Positions 10,673-20,120 of a DNA stretch of 64,000 nt are shown here, in pieces. Position 1 is the first letter of the stretch. Every line of letters begins with the position of its first letter. The notes under the pieces were generated by a model, which worked only from the letters and a program-made list of their open reading frames with translations, was not told where the DNA came from and ran no database searches. A program made the position numbers and the translations under genes. The stretch is from an uncultured Gammaproteobacteria bacterium (GTDB taxonomy: Bacteria; Pseudomonadota; Gammaproteobacteria; Chromatiales; Chromatiaceae), in NCBI GenBank assembly GCA_963802975.1, contig CAWDLA010000008.1, positions 1,524 through 65,523 on the forward strand. Reading direction: 5' to 3'.

Positions 10673-10776
10673 GCTGGCCAACCGCGCGCACCATTTGCTG
10701 CGATGCGGACGTCGGCAACCGGCGAAGCAGACAGAACCGCAAGCCATCACCCCTTTGCCCCTCCTTCTTGGACAAA

Positions 10777-10869
10777 CGCCTACCGTTTGGCCTCAGGCAA
10801 ATGCGGCATGAAGTAAAGCGAGAAACGAGTGTGACTTTTCTTTGTCCGTTGGAGCCCCGCGTTTATGCG
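10777..10869 (-). other. Degenerate attC site (end of array)
   Basis: After hicB stop: GCATAAA (R'' expected GCATAAC) ... GGTAGGC (R' expected GTTAGGC). Confidence 0.45.
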
Positions 10870-10870
10870 C

Positions 10871-11083
10871 CTATGCGTACATTAGACGACGACCTTTTGG
10901 TTCTGGAATGGAATCGCTAAATTCTCGGGCGGTATCTATCCATAGCTGGATGGCTTCTTTGGCATTTGCTAATGCTGACTCATAAGTCGCGCCGTGAGCC
11001 ATGCATCCCGGTAGCTCCGGAACTTCCGCCAAATACGTTTCATCCTCTTCGCTCCAATAAATGATGGTTTCGTATTTGAACAT
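10871..11083 (-). CDS. hicB: HicB family antitoxin (cassette 4)
   Basis: YETIIYWSEED..AEVPELPGCMAHG..A..NAKEAI. Confidence 0.9.
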   Translation of the reverse strand: MFKYETIIYWSEEDETYLAEVPELPGCMAHGATYESALANAKEAIQLWIDTAREFSDSIPEPKGRRLMYA

Positions 11084-11340
11084 TAGACTTCTTCTACAGA
11101 GAGATGGTACATGATAAGTATAGAGCGAATCTAGCGTACTTGTTACGGTTTTACTTTAGCGTTATCGCTTTGAAGGTTTGGCTTTTCTTCTATGCCTTCT
11201 TTTCTGAAAATGTGATGACTGCCCCTTATCCTTTCTTCGAAACCAAATCTCTTCAGGAGTTCGCACAGATCCTTAAAATTGATATTTGCATCTGAAGATC
11301 CTTGAAGAATCTTGAGTCTCAGCTTGTCGTACTTACCCAT
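11083..11340 (-). pseudogene. hicA: HicA family toxin with two premature stops
   Basis: RIRGSHHIF motif; KP-TAA-QVR-TAG-IRSIL; natural TAA overlaps hicB ATG (TAATG). Confidence 0.75.
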
Positions 11341-11377
11341 TTAATTTGAGCATCTTTATTGTGGGTCCGGCTTTCGC

Positions 11378-11464
11378 GCATAACGTCTTGCATCACCGGC
11401 CGCGGAAAGCAGAGCGAGGAACGAGCAACGCTTTTTGCGGTCGGTGTGGATGCAATTTTTAGCG
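11378..11464 (-). other. attC site of cassette 3
   Basis: CGCTAAA-n5-CATCCACA ... GGTGATG-n6-GTTATGC; R'' has lost the AAC. Confidence 0.8.
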
Positions 11465-11701
11465 ATCTAGTTTTTCGTACAGCGTTTCTGGCGCAATATC
11501 CGCACCATTTGGCCATGAAATTGTTCCGCCCTCTATAGCCGCTTTGCGAAAAAACGCCTTGTCCTTTAACGGGCGAAAGATGGGGCCTCTGGTTAAGTAC
11601 TCAGAAAAATCGATATCGCCGGAAGAACCGTCGTCGAAAACGACATGATATACATATTCTTTTCGATACTTGATCTCTTTGACGTCGTTCATATTCCACA
11701 T
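11459..11701 (-). CDS. DUF2442 family protein (putative TA partner)
   Basis: [32 protein letters not shown]. Confidence 0.85.
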   Translation of the reverse strand: MWNMNDVKEIKYRKEYVYHVVFDDGSSGDIDFSEYLTRGPIFRPLKDKAFFRKAAIEGGTISWPNGADIAPETLYEKLDR

Positions 11702-11712
11702 TGTCTTATACC

Positions 11713-11973
11713 TTAATCGAGAGGATCGATTTTCTTTATCTCTTTTCCTTCTCTCGCCAATCGCCAATCTTCTTCGAGTTCAGAAATGTGGTTGTCGGTC
11801 CACTCTCGTACAAGCTTGGTTGCAGTTCTTGATGATAGATTTCCTTTCAGAATGTTTCCCTGAAAATCGAATATTGCTTTCTTGCCCTGGTATTCCGCAT
11901 GGAAATGCGGAGGATTGTGATCATCGTAAAACATCCTGATGATGATCCCGAAAAACCGCGATATTACCGGCAT
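11713..11973 (-). CDS. DUF4160 family protein (putative TA partner)
   Basis: [28 protein letters not shown]. Confidence 0.9.
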   Translation of the reverse strand: MPVISRFFGIIIRMFYDDHNPPHFHAEYQGKKAIFDFQGNILKGNLSSRTATKLVREWTDNHISELEEDWRLAREGKEIKKIDPLD

Positions 11974-11995
11974 GTTATTTATCTGCTCCCAATAT

Positions 11996-12085
11996 CGCTA
12001 ACGCTGCACATAAGCGGCCGGGCCGCCGCGTAGCGGTGGGCCGGTCCGAGCACGCGCAGCGTGCGACTCGATGTGCTTGTTGGAC
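11996..12085 (-). other. attC site of cassette 2 (R'' box split by the YR-IS91 element)
   Basis: AAC-n5-CATCGAGT ... GCTTATG-n6-GTTAGCG. Confidence 0.85.
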
Positions 12086-12187
12086 GAAGCCGCTTCGCGG
12101 AGAAAGCCGAGACGCCCGATCCAACTTAAAATGTAACCTCACGCCCTCGCAAGCGAGGGATCATTCCGCCAAGAATCATGAGGTTAC

Positions 12188-13110
12188 ATGACCATGACAG
12201 CATCATCGCGAAGCGAATTTCAAGCACCAGTACCAAACCCATCTCAAGCACCTCCGGCTCAAGGGCCTGCGACCGAAGACCATCGAGGCCTACTCCCGCG
12301 CCATTCGCCGCATCGGTGCCTATTTCGACCATCGAAATCGATGACCTGTCCGAGCAGCAGTTGATCGACTATTTCACCGACCTGCTCGAGTCGCACTCCT
12401 GGAGCGCCGTCAAGCTCGACCTGTACGGCCTGAAATTCTTCTACACCCATGTGCTGCACAAGCCCTGGGCGAACGTCGATCTGATCAAGCCGCCGAAGGC
12501 CCAACGCCTGCCCGATATCGTCACCGTCGAGGAGGCCAAGCGGCTGTTCGCGGCGACCTCTACGCTGAGCTACCGGGTCTTCTATTTCACCCTCTACAGC
12601 CTCGGCCTGCGCCTCGGCGAAGGCTTGCGTCTGCAGGTCGGCGATATCGATGCGGCGCGTCAGCGCGTGCATATCCGCGATGCCAAGGGCAACAAGGACC
12701 GTCTCGTTCCGCTGCCGGAGGCGACGCTGGATCTGCTGCGCCGCTTCTGGCAGGTGCATCGCAATCCCGGTGCTGCTGTTTCCCAATCGCCACGGCGGCC
12801 TGAAGGCGGCCTGCTGTGCCACCACGCCGCTGGATCGTGGCGGCGTGCAGATCACCCTGCGCAAGGTGGTCGACGCCTGCGGGATAAAAAAAAGATCACC
12901 CCGCACAGTCTGCGCCACAGCTATGCAACCCACCTGATCGAGGCCGGCGTCGATCTGCTCGAGGTGCAGAAAATCCTCGGCCATCACTCGATCCTGACCA
13001 CCGCCAAGTACACCCATCTGACATCGGGCACGCAGCACAACGCAAGGCAGGTCATCAACGCGCTGATGAATGGCTTCTCCATCGACTTGGGGGAAGGCCA
13101 AATGATCCTG
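12188..13110 (+). CDS. Tyrosine recombinase (integron-integrase-related; frameshifted in this sequence)
   Basis: LYSLGLRLGE, KGNKDR, TPHSLRHSYATHL, LGHHSILTTAKY; N-terminus PKTIEAYSRAI in another frame; end approximate. Confidence 0.85.
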
Positions 13111-14219
13111 CTCTCATCGCTCATCGAACGCTTTGAAGCCGACTTCCTGGCGCAGTACCAGGATCGGATCCTGCCTTCCCATCGCCATGCCCTGGCCGCG
13201 ATGAAGGACTGCCGTACCTCGCGCAGTCCCTTGATGCAGGCGCAATGCACCGACTGTGACCGCCAGGTCTTCGTGCCGCATTCGTGCGGGCATCGCAGCT
13301 GCCCCCACTGCCAACACCACGAAAGCCAGCAATGGCTGGAACGTCAGCTCGAAAAACAGGTGCCCGCCCAGTACTTCCTGTTGACCTTTACCCTGCCGGC
13401 CGAGCTCAGATCCTTGGCCTGGCGCCATCAACGCACGCTCTATGCCTTGCTGATCCGTGCAAGCTGGGAGACGCGTGCAAACGCTTCACGCAGAACGACA
13501 AGCAGCTGCAGGGAATCGCCCGGGGCCATCGCGGTCCTGCACACCCATTCGCGCCGTCTGGATTACCACCCCCATGTGCACCTGGTGATGCCGGCGGCGG
13601 CCATCGATGCGAAGAAAAGGCTGTGGCGGACCAAAAACAGCCAAGGGCAAGGGCGCCTATCTGTTCAATCACAAGGCGCTGGCCAAGGTCTTTCGCGCCA
13701 AGATGCTGGACGCCATCACCGGCGAAGGGCTGGCGCTGCCGCCAAGCTACCCGCAGCGAGTGGGTTGTCGACTGCAAGCGCGTCGGCACCGGCGAGAAGG
13801 CGCTGTTGTATCTGGGACGCTATCTCTACCGTGGCGTGATCCAGGAGAAAGACATCCTCGCCTGCGAGAACGGGCAGGTGACCTTTCGCTATCGAAACGC
13901 CAAGACCAAGCGCACCGAAATCAGGACGGTCTCCGGCGCGAAGTTCCTGTGGCTGATCCTCCAGCATGTATTGCCCAAAGGATTCCGGCGCGCCCGTAAC
14001 TTCGGCTTCCTGCATCCCAACAGCAAGCGACTGATCGCCTTGCTTCACTATCTGCTTGGCTTCGACCCCAGACGGGTATTGGCGTCGCTGACCCGCGCCC
14101 TCGGCTGTCGTGTCCTTGCTGCGGCGCCGCCATGAGGATTGTGCGAACACGCATCGTGCCTTCGCTCGCGTTCCGCCTGCGGTGCCGATCGACATCCCGC
14201 GGGTGCATCGGTGATGTAA
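13102..14219 (+). CDS. IS91-family (HUH, Y2) transposase with N-terminal Zn-binding domain (frameshifted)
   Basis: HSCGHRSCPHCQ, LTFTLP, LHTHSRRLDYHPHVH, YLGRYLYR, QHVLPKGFRRARNFG; end approximate. Confidence 0.85.
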
Positions 14220-14449
14220 GCGTCTTCTCCAATCCAGGCGGCGCAAAATCAGCCTTCTTGGGCTGAGAGTCGCGTTCGTCTCGATGATCCACAAAACCGG
14301 CAAACATCGCCTGTTTCCGGTCGCCGTTGCCGCAATGGCAACGTGAAAAGCCTGCCTTGGAGATCCGCCGATCCCGGCGGGTCTTCGGTGCAGGCATCCT
14401 GCTAAAAGCTATTTTCAAGAGCGATTGATCACTCGGAATCAACGGGCTT

Positions 14450-14512
14450 GTCCAACAAACGGTTCAGATCGTGGCTCGCTTCGCTCGCACGATCTAACCT
14501 TATTCGTTAGGC
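14450..14512 (+). other. attC-like site oriented opposite to the array (belongs to the YR-IS91 element)
   Basis: GTCCAAC-n5-GTTCAGAT ... ATCTAAC-n7-GTTAGGC; the L''-type extra C is on the + strand. Confidence 0.75.
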
Positions 14513-14719
14513 GGCTACTTCCACGTACTCTACCTGACTTTGTGGGGTGGGAGGCGTGACTCCATCTTCTCGCATACCCTCTAGGTGGAAGGCGATAGCC
14601 TCCTTGATTTCCTTTTCGACCTCCTCAACTGAGACCCCCGTAGCAATGCAACCGGGAAGATCAGGGACGTAGGCGGAAAAGTTGCCTTCTGCCTTTTCGA
14701 TGACGATTGCGTAGCGCAT
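14507..14719 (-). CDS. hicB: HicB family antitoxin (cassette 2)
   Basis: MRYAIVIEKAEGNFSAYVPDLPGCIATG; stop lies in R'' GCCTAAC. Confidence 0.9.
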   Translation of the reverse strand: MRYAIVIEKAEGNFSAYVPDLPGCIATGVSVEEVEKEIKEAIAFHLEGMREDGVTPPTPQSQVEYVEVAA

Positions 14720-14723
14720 GATG

Positions 14724-14909
14724 TCACTTCCAACCTGCTTGTTTAAAGATGCTGTTTTTGGTTCCCGCTGCGACATCATCGCTGGGTTTTCCGGGGACCG
14801 TCACGCGACCTGGCTTGGTCGGGTGCTTGAATTGACGATGGCTTCCCTTCGTAGCAACCAAGTACCACCCGTCATCTTTGAGCATCGTCAAGATTTCGGA
14901 GATCTTCAT
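14724..14909 (-). CDS. hicA: HicA family toxin (cassette 2)
   Basis: DGWYLVATKGSHRQFKHPTKPGRVTVP. Confidence 0.92.
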   Translation of the reverse strand: MKISEILTMLKDDGWYLVATKGSHRQFKHPTKPGRVTVPGKPSDDVAAGTKNSIFKQAGWK

Positions 14910-14967
14910 CGGCTACTCAAATTTACCTATCGCCAACGTCTTCGTTCCCATTGAGTCTGTCTTTATC

Positions 14968-15022
14968 GCCTAACGCCAACCATCAGCCGCGCCGTTTTTT
15001 GGCGTCGGCTGGATGGGATTGT
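14968..15022 (-). other. attC site of cassette 1 (remaining R'' bases from 16918, beyond the intron)
   Basis: Spliced: ACCTAAC-AATCC-CATCCAGC...GCTGATG-GTTGGC-GTTAGGC. Confidence 0.88.
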
Positions 15023-16917
15023 GTGTGCCCGGCATGGGCATGATTTTATGGGGTGAAAGTCCCCTGTACCTTATCTGGGAGGATGTCATCTTGACTCCTT
15101 TTAAAGTACTAGCCGAAAGCAAGGCGCGGAAGGGCGACCGACCCGCTGAAAGAAGCTGGAGTGCAAACCTGTGAGCCGACGGACAGAAACTGCATATAAG
15201 GCCGAACCCCAGGGCGAGTCAGCACAACATGACGAAGCCCATCCAGATCTCTGGGGGATGGTAAATGCAGCGGTTGTGCAGGGAAAGATCATGTCCTTAC
15301 CCGGGGAGATCTGCCGACCTAAGCGTCCTAACGGACGTGGTGGAACAGGACCCTGCGAAGGTGCGCGTTAACACGGCAGAAGTCAGCAGAGGACGAGAAC
15401 TCGGGGATGTTCCCGAGGAAAGGTCCGAAGGCAGTGTGATTGGGAGGTGCCCGTGAGCTCAAGCAACTCGTCAACCCCGAGCGGGGAACTGGGTGCTTGG
15501 CGCGTCATGGAACCATCTCCTGTCGATTTTGCATCGGTGGAATACATCGTATCGAATGCGAGTATAGCCGAGGCATGGAAAAAGGTCCGATCCAACAATG
15601 GAGCGCCCGGTGTTGATGGTATCAGCATCGGGAAATTCCCAAAGTGGGGACGACCGCAGTGGAACGACATCAAGAAGCAACTGCTCGACGGGAGCTATGT
15701 GCCCTCGCCGGCGCTTCGCGTTGAGATTCCCAAGGAGAGCGGAGGGGTGCGCCTACTGGGCATCCCTTGCGTCCTCGACCGAGTGCTCATGCAAGCGATT
15801 GCCAAAGTGCTCGGCCGAGAGTTCAATCCAACCTTCTCGGATAACAGCTACGGATACATGCCGGGTCGCTCGGTGCAGCAAGCAGCACGGCAGGCCCAAG
15901 CGTACTTTCAGCAAGGATACATCTACCAGATCACTTTGGACCTGGAAAAGTTCTTCGACACGGTCAACCATGATGTTCTGATGCATCGGGTTGCGCGCCG
16001 CGTAAAGAACAAAGACCTGCTGAAACTGCTTGGCCGCTTTCTGCGCGCGCGGGTGGTCATCAACGGCCGCTTGCACCCGACCGGAAAGGGAGTGCCACAA
16101 GGCAGTCCGGTGTCACCGGTGTTGAGCAACATCCTGCTCGATGACCTGGACAAGGAGCTGGAAAACCGAGGGCACAAGTTCGTCCGCTATGCCGATGACC
16201 TGGCGATCTTCGTCAAGTCCAAGCGCGCGGGAGAACGGGTGCTGGCCAGTGTCAGCCGATACCTCGAGCGAAAGCTCAAAGTGAAGGTGAACCAGGCCAA
16301 GAGTGCCGTGAAACCTGTCAAAGAGAGCGCAGTGCTCGGATTCGAGATCCATCGTAAGAAGTTGAGAACGCTGGACAGCAAAGTCAAAGCGTCTCAACGC
16401 GAGCTGAAACACATCACACGCCGATGTCCGGGAATCTCCATCGCGTCAAGAATCAAGCGTCTGAAAGAGTATGTTCAGGGCTGGATGGCGCACTACGGAT
16501 GTGGGCTGAAGTACGACGATGCCGTAAAGCTAGATGGATGGATCAGGCGGCGACTACGGATGTGCTACTGGAAACAGTGGCGCCGACCGCGACGCCGTAT
16601 CCGGGAACTGATCAAGCTGGGAGTGAAAACGCGTGACGCCATACGTTTGGGCCTATCACGCAAAAGCTACTGGCGCCTGTCGAAGACAATGGGAACCAAT
16701 AGTGGGTTGAGCAATGCGCATTTCAACGAAATCGGTCTCATTTCCGTGCGGGAGTTATGGTGCAAGATTCATCATCCGGCTACGGCCCGATAGACACTTG
16801 ATGTGGAGTCGATTTGCCCGATAAAGCATCTCTGCGAATAGCAGGCTAGGCGCCGTATACGGACCCGTATGTACGGTGCTGTGGGAGGGGGCCGCTAGAG
16901 CGGCTCCCTATCCCGAT
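15023..16917 (+). mobile_element. Group IIC-attC intron
   Basis: 5' GTGTGCCCGGCATGGG; DV GCCGTATACGGACCCGTATGTACGGTG; 3' end CCCTATCCCGAT; exon junction TTGT|T. Confidence 0.9.
15447..16793 (+). CDS. ltrA: Group II intron reverse transcriptase/maturase (no endonuclease domain)
   Basis: GAPGVDG, RLLGIP, DLEKFFD, GVPQGSP, RYADD, RRRLRMCYWKQW; start uncertain. Confidence 0.93.
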   Translation: MPVSSSNSSTPSGELGAWRVMEPSPVDFASVEYIVSNASIAEAWKKVRSNNGAPGVDGISIGKFPKWGRPQWNDIKKQLLDGSYVPSPALRVEIPKESGGVRLLGIPCVLDRVLMQAIAKVLGREFNPTFSDNSYGYMPGRSVQQAARQAQAYFQQGYIYQITLDLEKFFDTVNHDVLMHRVARRVKNKDLLKLLGRFLRARVVINGRLHPTGKGVPQGSPVSPVLSNILLDDLDKELENRGHKFVRYADDLAIFVKSKRAGERVLASVSRYLERKLKVKVNQAKSAVKPVKESAVLGFEIHRKKLRTLDSKVKASQRELKHITRRCPGISIASRIKRLKEYVQGWMAHYGCGLKYDDAVKLDGWIRRRLRMCYWKQWRRPRRRIRELIKLGVKTRDAIRLGLSRKSYWRLSKTMGTNSGLSNAHFNEIGLISVRELWCKIHHPATAR

Positions 16918-17956
16918 TAGGTTCTTCTTGTTTCGGGGATTCGCTTTTGTCTCCTTTCATCTCTTTAAGTAACTCGAACAATCCATCGTTATCATTTTCG
17001 TGAAAGCTCATCCATTTAACTGACGAACGGGGAATAATCAGTGTATCTTTTTTAATTTGTATGTTGACGTTATCTTGTGTTGAATAAACAACCTTACCAA
17101 CAGTTGGAGATCCAACTTCACCGGGGTGGCTTTCAAGGCTGTTTTCGTTCAAACCTATAGTCATTTCGAGGGGTTTACCGCCACCGATTTTCTTACTTAC
17201 TTTGCCATAGACGGAAGATCCGAATGTTACGGCAGCCAAGAGAATGAAGATCGCCGTATAGCCCAAATTAAATACGATTCTGTCTTTAGTAACCCTGTAC
17301 CTTTCGAATGAGTCAAGAACTAGATTTATATACATCGAATACCCAAAGAACACCACAAATACAATATATATATTACTCCCAGATGATAGGTAGAAAAATG
17401 AAAAAACAGCGACTAGCTTTAATATGCCATCAATAATCAAATGAGCAAATGGATGGCTGATATCCCAATTTGATGTGTCTAAGCCATAACTAATAATAAA
17501 CACCAATGAAAGTACAGCATAGAAACCAATGCTCTCAATTTGGCCAAAAGCAAACGTAGAAAATAAAGCAGCAGACAAGCAATGGAAGAATGTCAGCTCT
17601 ATAAACATATGCAGAAATGCAATTAGGGGTGAAGCAGCAGGAGCGTTTCTTTCTTTCAGATAATCTATATGCTGCCCTAGCCAGTGCTTAGATAAAATTA
17701 TCGATCGCCCAGCAAATATCCCATAAACGGTCAGATACAAGACAAATATTGCCCCTGCTACCAAATATTCAGTGCTTGCGATTCCTAGCTCTACAACCCC
17801 GTATTTATACAGATGCGAATTCAAGGTTAAGAAGCCGCACAGATATATAATCCCGAGGAAAACAGCAGACAATTTTCCTAAAGAATCTGCTTTCAACAAG
17901 CCAAGTAGAGCTTCACTATTTTCTGGATTAGCCTGTTCGCTTTTGTCCGATTCCAT
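16895..17956 (-). CDS. Low-GC multi-pass membrane protein of unknown function (cassette 1)
   Basis: 353-aa ORF with ~7-8 hydrophobic helices between attI and first attC. Confidence 0.8.
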   Translation of the reverse strand: MESDKSEQANPENSEALLGLLKADSLGKLSAVFLGIIYLCGFLTLNSHLYKYGVVELGIASTEYLVAGAIFVLYLTVYGIFAGRSIILSKHWLGQHIDYLKERNAPAASPLIAFLHMFIELTFFHCLSAALFSTFAFGQIESIGFYAVLSLVFIISYGLDTSNWDISHPFAHLIIDGILKLVAVFSFFYLSSGSNIYIVFVVFFGYSMYINLVLDSFERYRVTKDRIVFNLGYTAIFILLAAVTFGSSVYGKVSKKIGGGKPLEMTIGLNENSLESHPGEVGSPTVGKVVYSTQDNVNIQIKKDTLIIPRSSVKWMSFHENDNDGLFELLKEMKGDKSESPKQEEPNRDREPL

Positions 17957-17977
17957 AATTTAGTACTGACTCGTTGA

Positions 17978-18005
17978 ACCTAACATTCAATCGGCGACGT
18001 AACCG
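17978..18005 (-). other. Putative attI site
   Basis: GTTACGT..GTTAGGT, core complementary to cassette 1 R'' ACCTAAC; no attC hairpin upstream. Confidence 0.6.
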
Positions 18006-18016
18006 CCGCAACTAAA

Positions 18017-18114
18017 GTACCTATATTTAGCAACATATCCCTATATATAGCTACCGGCAACTAATAATGGGTACCTATATATGGGAACCTATATTAAGGT
18101 GCCCATATATAGCT
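18017..18114. repeat. AT-rich cluster of five CCYATAT direct repeats next to attI
   Basis: GTACCTATAT, CCCTATATATAGCT, GTACCTATAT, AACCTATAT, GCCCATATATAGCT. Confidence 0.6.
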
Positions 18115-18134
18115 GCCGATTCAGGGAAAGATCG

Positions 18135-18512
18135 CTATGTCCTATCATCTGCAACAACCTTCGATTCGAAACCGAGTGCCACCACATCTTTATATCGCAT
18201 TTCCCAGACCTTTTGCCGGGGCCGCCAAATGTCTCCAGCCGCTTTGACCTTCTCCCGCACATCTGTCTCCCAGTATTCGACTCTTATTCCAAGTTGGGGC
18301 GGAACGGGTGCAGCAGCTTGAGGTGCTTGCCTCTTCACCACCAGAAGGTCAGGCTGTCGATCAGTCCCTTCTTCGATCAGTTCGACTGTCGTAAAGCGCC
18401 GCCCGGTCTGTTCGTCGTATTCGTAGCGCACGCAAACCAATCGATCACCGTATTTCTTGGCGAGACGCTTCGTCCCCTTCTGTCCTGGTCGCAACGTCGT
18501 CTTGGTAACCAT
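18135..18512 (-). CDS. Small basic hypothetical protein downstream of intI
   Basis: TLRPGQKGTKRLAKKYGDRLVCVRY..TTVELI. Confidence 0.75.
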   Translation of the reverse strand: MVTKTTLRPGQKGTKRLAKKYGDRLVCVRYEYDEQTGRRFTTVELIEEGTDRQPDLLVVKRQAPQAAAPVPPQLGIRVEYWETDVREKVKAAGDIWRPRQKVWEMRYKDVVALGFESKVVADDRT

Positions 18513-18537
18513 GGCGCGATCTTCCATGTTGCTGAAC

Positions 18538-19051
18538 TCAGAACCCAGCCAGCCGCGTCAACGGGCTTTTCACACCCATTGGCCCTTTGTTCATCACATG
18601 CGTGTAGATCATGGTGGTCCTGACATCATTGTGACCGAGCAACTCCTGAACGGTGCGGATGTCGTAACCGTCTTCCAGAAGATGCGTCGCGAAGCTGTCT
18701 CGCAGCGTGTGACAACCACCATGTTTGTGGATACCGGCAGCAGCTATGGCCTTCTTGACGGCGCGCTGGATCGCGGACTCGCCGAGGTGATGACGCCGAG
18801 TTTTGCCCGAGCGCGGGTCGACCGCGGCGGATCGTGCCGGAAACAGGTGGCGAGGTGGTTGAGAAAGGCGACAATCTCGGCGCCGCCCATCTCGCTGGGG
18901 TGCCGCTTGCCGTGGAACAGGATGTACCGTTTGGCCCAGTTGAGGTAGGCCTGCTCGGTGCGGATACTGTAGAGTCTGCGGCGAATGTGATCGCGCATCT
19001 CCCCGAGCAACTTGGAGCTGCCAACGATTCTGTCCGTGTCCACGGGGACAT
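18538..19051 (-). pseudogene. intI: Integron integrase remnant with large internal deletion
   Basis: [31 protein letters not shown] joined at ~18845 to [48 protein letters not shown]. Confidence 0.88.
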
Positions 19052-19285
19052 GAGCATCGCCGCGGGGAACTCCGACGGGGTGCATGCGTGGCGCCCTTCC
19101 CTTGATTTTCTTACGGTCTTGCGGATACTAGTCGGTTGCTGCTGCATACACAATTCGCAAAGACCAGTGTCGGATCTTCCTTATTGCGTTCAATCTCGTC
19201 TGATTGGCCGAACCGCAGGGGGTCTGGTCCAGCTTCGCCGCATTTCCCTATTCGCGTTCATTCGCGGCTAAGCATCCGAGCTCCG

Positions 19286-19480
19286 CTAATACAGAAGCTC
19301 CGACCACCGCCTCTCCCTGATCATCCCTTCCTTGATCTCCCGCCAGGCATCGGGAGAACCCGCCCGCTCGGCCATGACCTTGTCGAATACCTGCGCGATC
19401 GTGCCAAGACCGGCGAGGAAGACATAGGTGTTGGGCTGCTTGATGAGGCTCCATACCTCTTGGGTGTTCTCCGTCAGCCC
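19286..19480 (-). pseudogene. C-terminal fragment of FNR/BoxA-like reductase
   Basis: EVWSLIKQPNTYVFLAGL..ERRWSELLY; no N-terminal part. Confidence 0.55.
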
Positions 19481-19709
19481 CTGATCCAGGGCTTGTGACG
19501 AGGTCGTGAGTGGACCGGTCGCCAGCGCCTGGAAGGCCTTGAAGGTCTGCCGCGAGCTGCACCTGCTCCGACATCGTGTTTCGCATCGTTGCGAAAAACT
19601 CCTCCAGCTGCTCAGGCGTGGGATTCGAGGTGCTCGCCGCAACCATCTGCATTTGCTCGCTCGTAATCCGCTGCACGCTCGCCGAGAACGCATTCACCTG
19701 ATTGGACAT

Positions 19710-20120
19710 GGGGTCCTCGTTGACGATGGGCAGGCCATACTTGTTCATGTGGATGGCGTCGAATTCGCACACGTCTTCGCAATCGCTCAGGCCCAAGCAT
19801 CCCCAAGTGCATCCCTTACCGCCCCCTGACGCCACTGCGGCGGCACGGCAGGACTTCAGGCCCGAGTGCTCCGCGCGGAAAAAGGCTACATGCGCCCCCC
19901 CGGCACAGGCCAGGCGTGCGACACGTTTGACGTGGTCGCCCAACTCCACGCCCGGGAAGCCAGCCATCGCCTCTGTCATGTCCTTGGAGTTCGGCGTGCA
20001 CAGGGCCGGATCAGTCTCTCCTTTCACCAGTGCCTCGGCGAAAGGCCGACAGCCGGGCTTGCCGCAGGCGCCGCAATTGGCGTGGGGGAGCATCTCCTGC
20101 ACATCGTCGATTCGGACTAG
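19710..20120 (-). pseudogene. Internal fragment of RnfB-like Fe-S protein
   Basis: LPHANCGACGKPGC, CTWGCLGLSDCEDVCEFDAI; N-terminal TM and C-terminus missing. Confidence 0.7.

Larger units (their letters stand above)
12080..14506 (+). mobile_element. Tyrosine recombinase + IS91-family transposase element with terminal attC-like hairpin, inserted in reverse into an attC
   Basis: Ends G|TTGGAC and G|TTAGGC; deleting 12080-14506 restores GCCTAAC...GTTAGCG. Confidence 0.8.

Noticed and set aside
11083-11145. Stop-codon readthrough in hicA
   Set aside because: Two different stops (TAA, TAG) and no recoding signal.
12178-13839. 553-aa recombinase-transposase fusion
   Set aside because: Frame changes within both genes and a separate ATG at 13102 indicate two genes joined by indels.
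15447-16793. RT as retron, DGR or defence RT
   Set aside because: Flanked by group II intron termini and DV/DVI, and has maturase domain X.
19250-19270. ATTCGCG-type short repeats (also ~29630 and ~63325)
   Set aside because: Too short and degenerate to assign a function.
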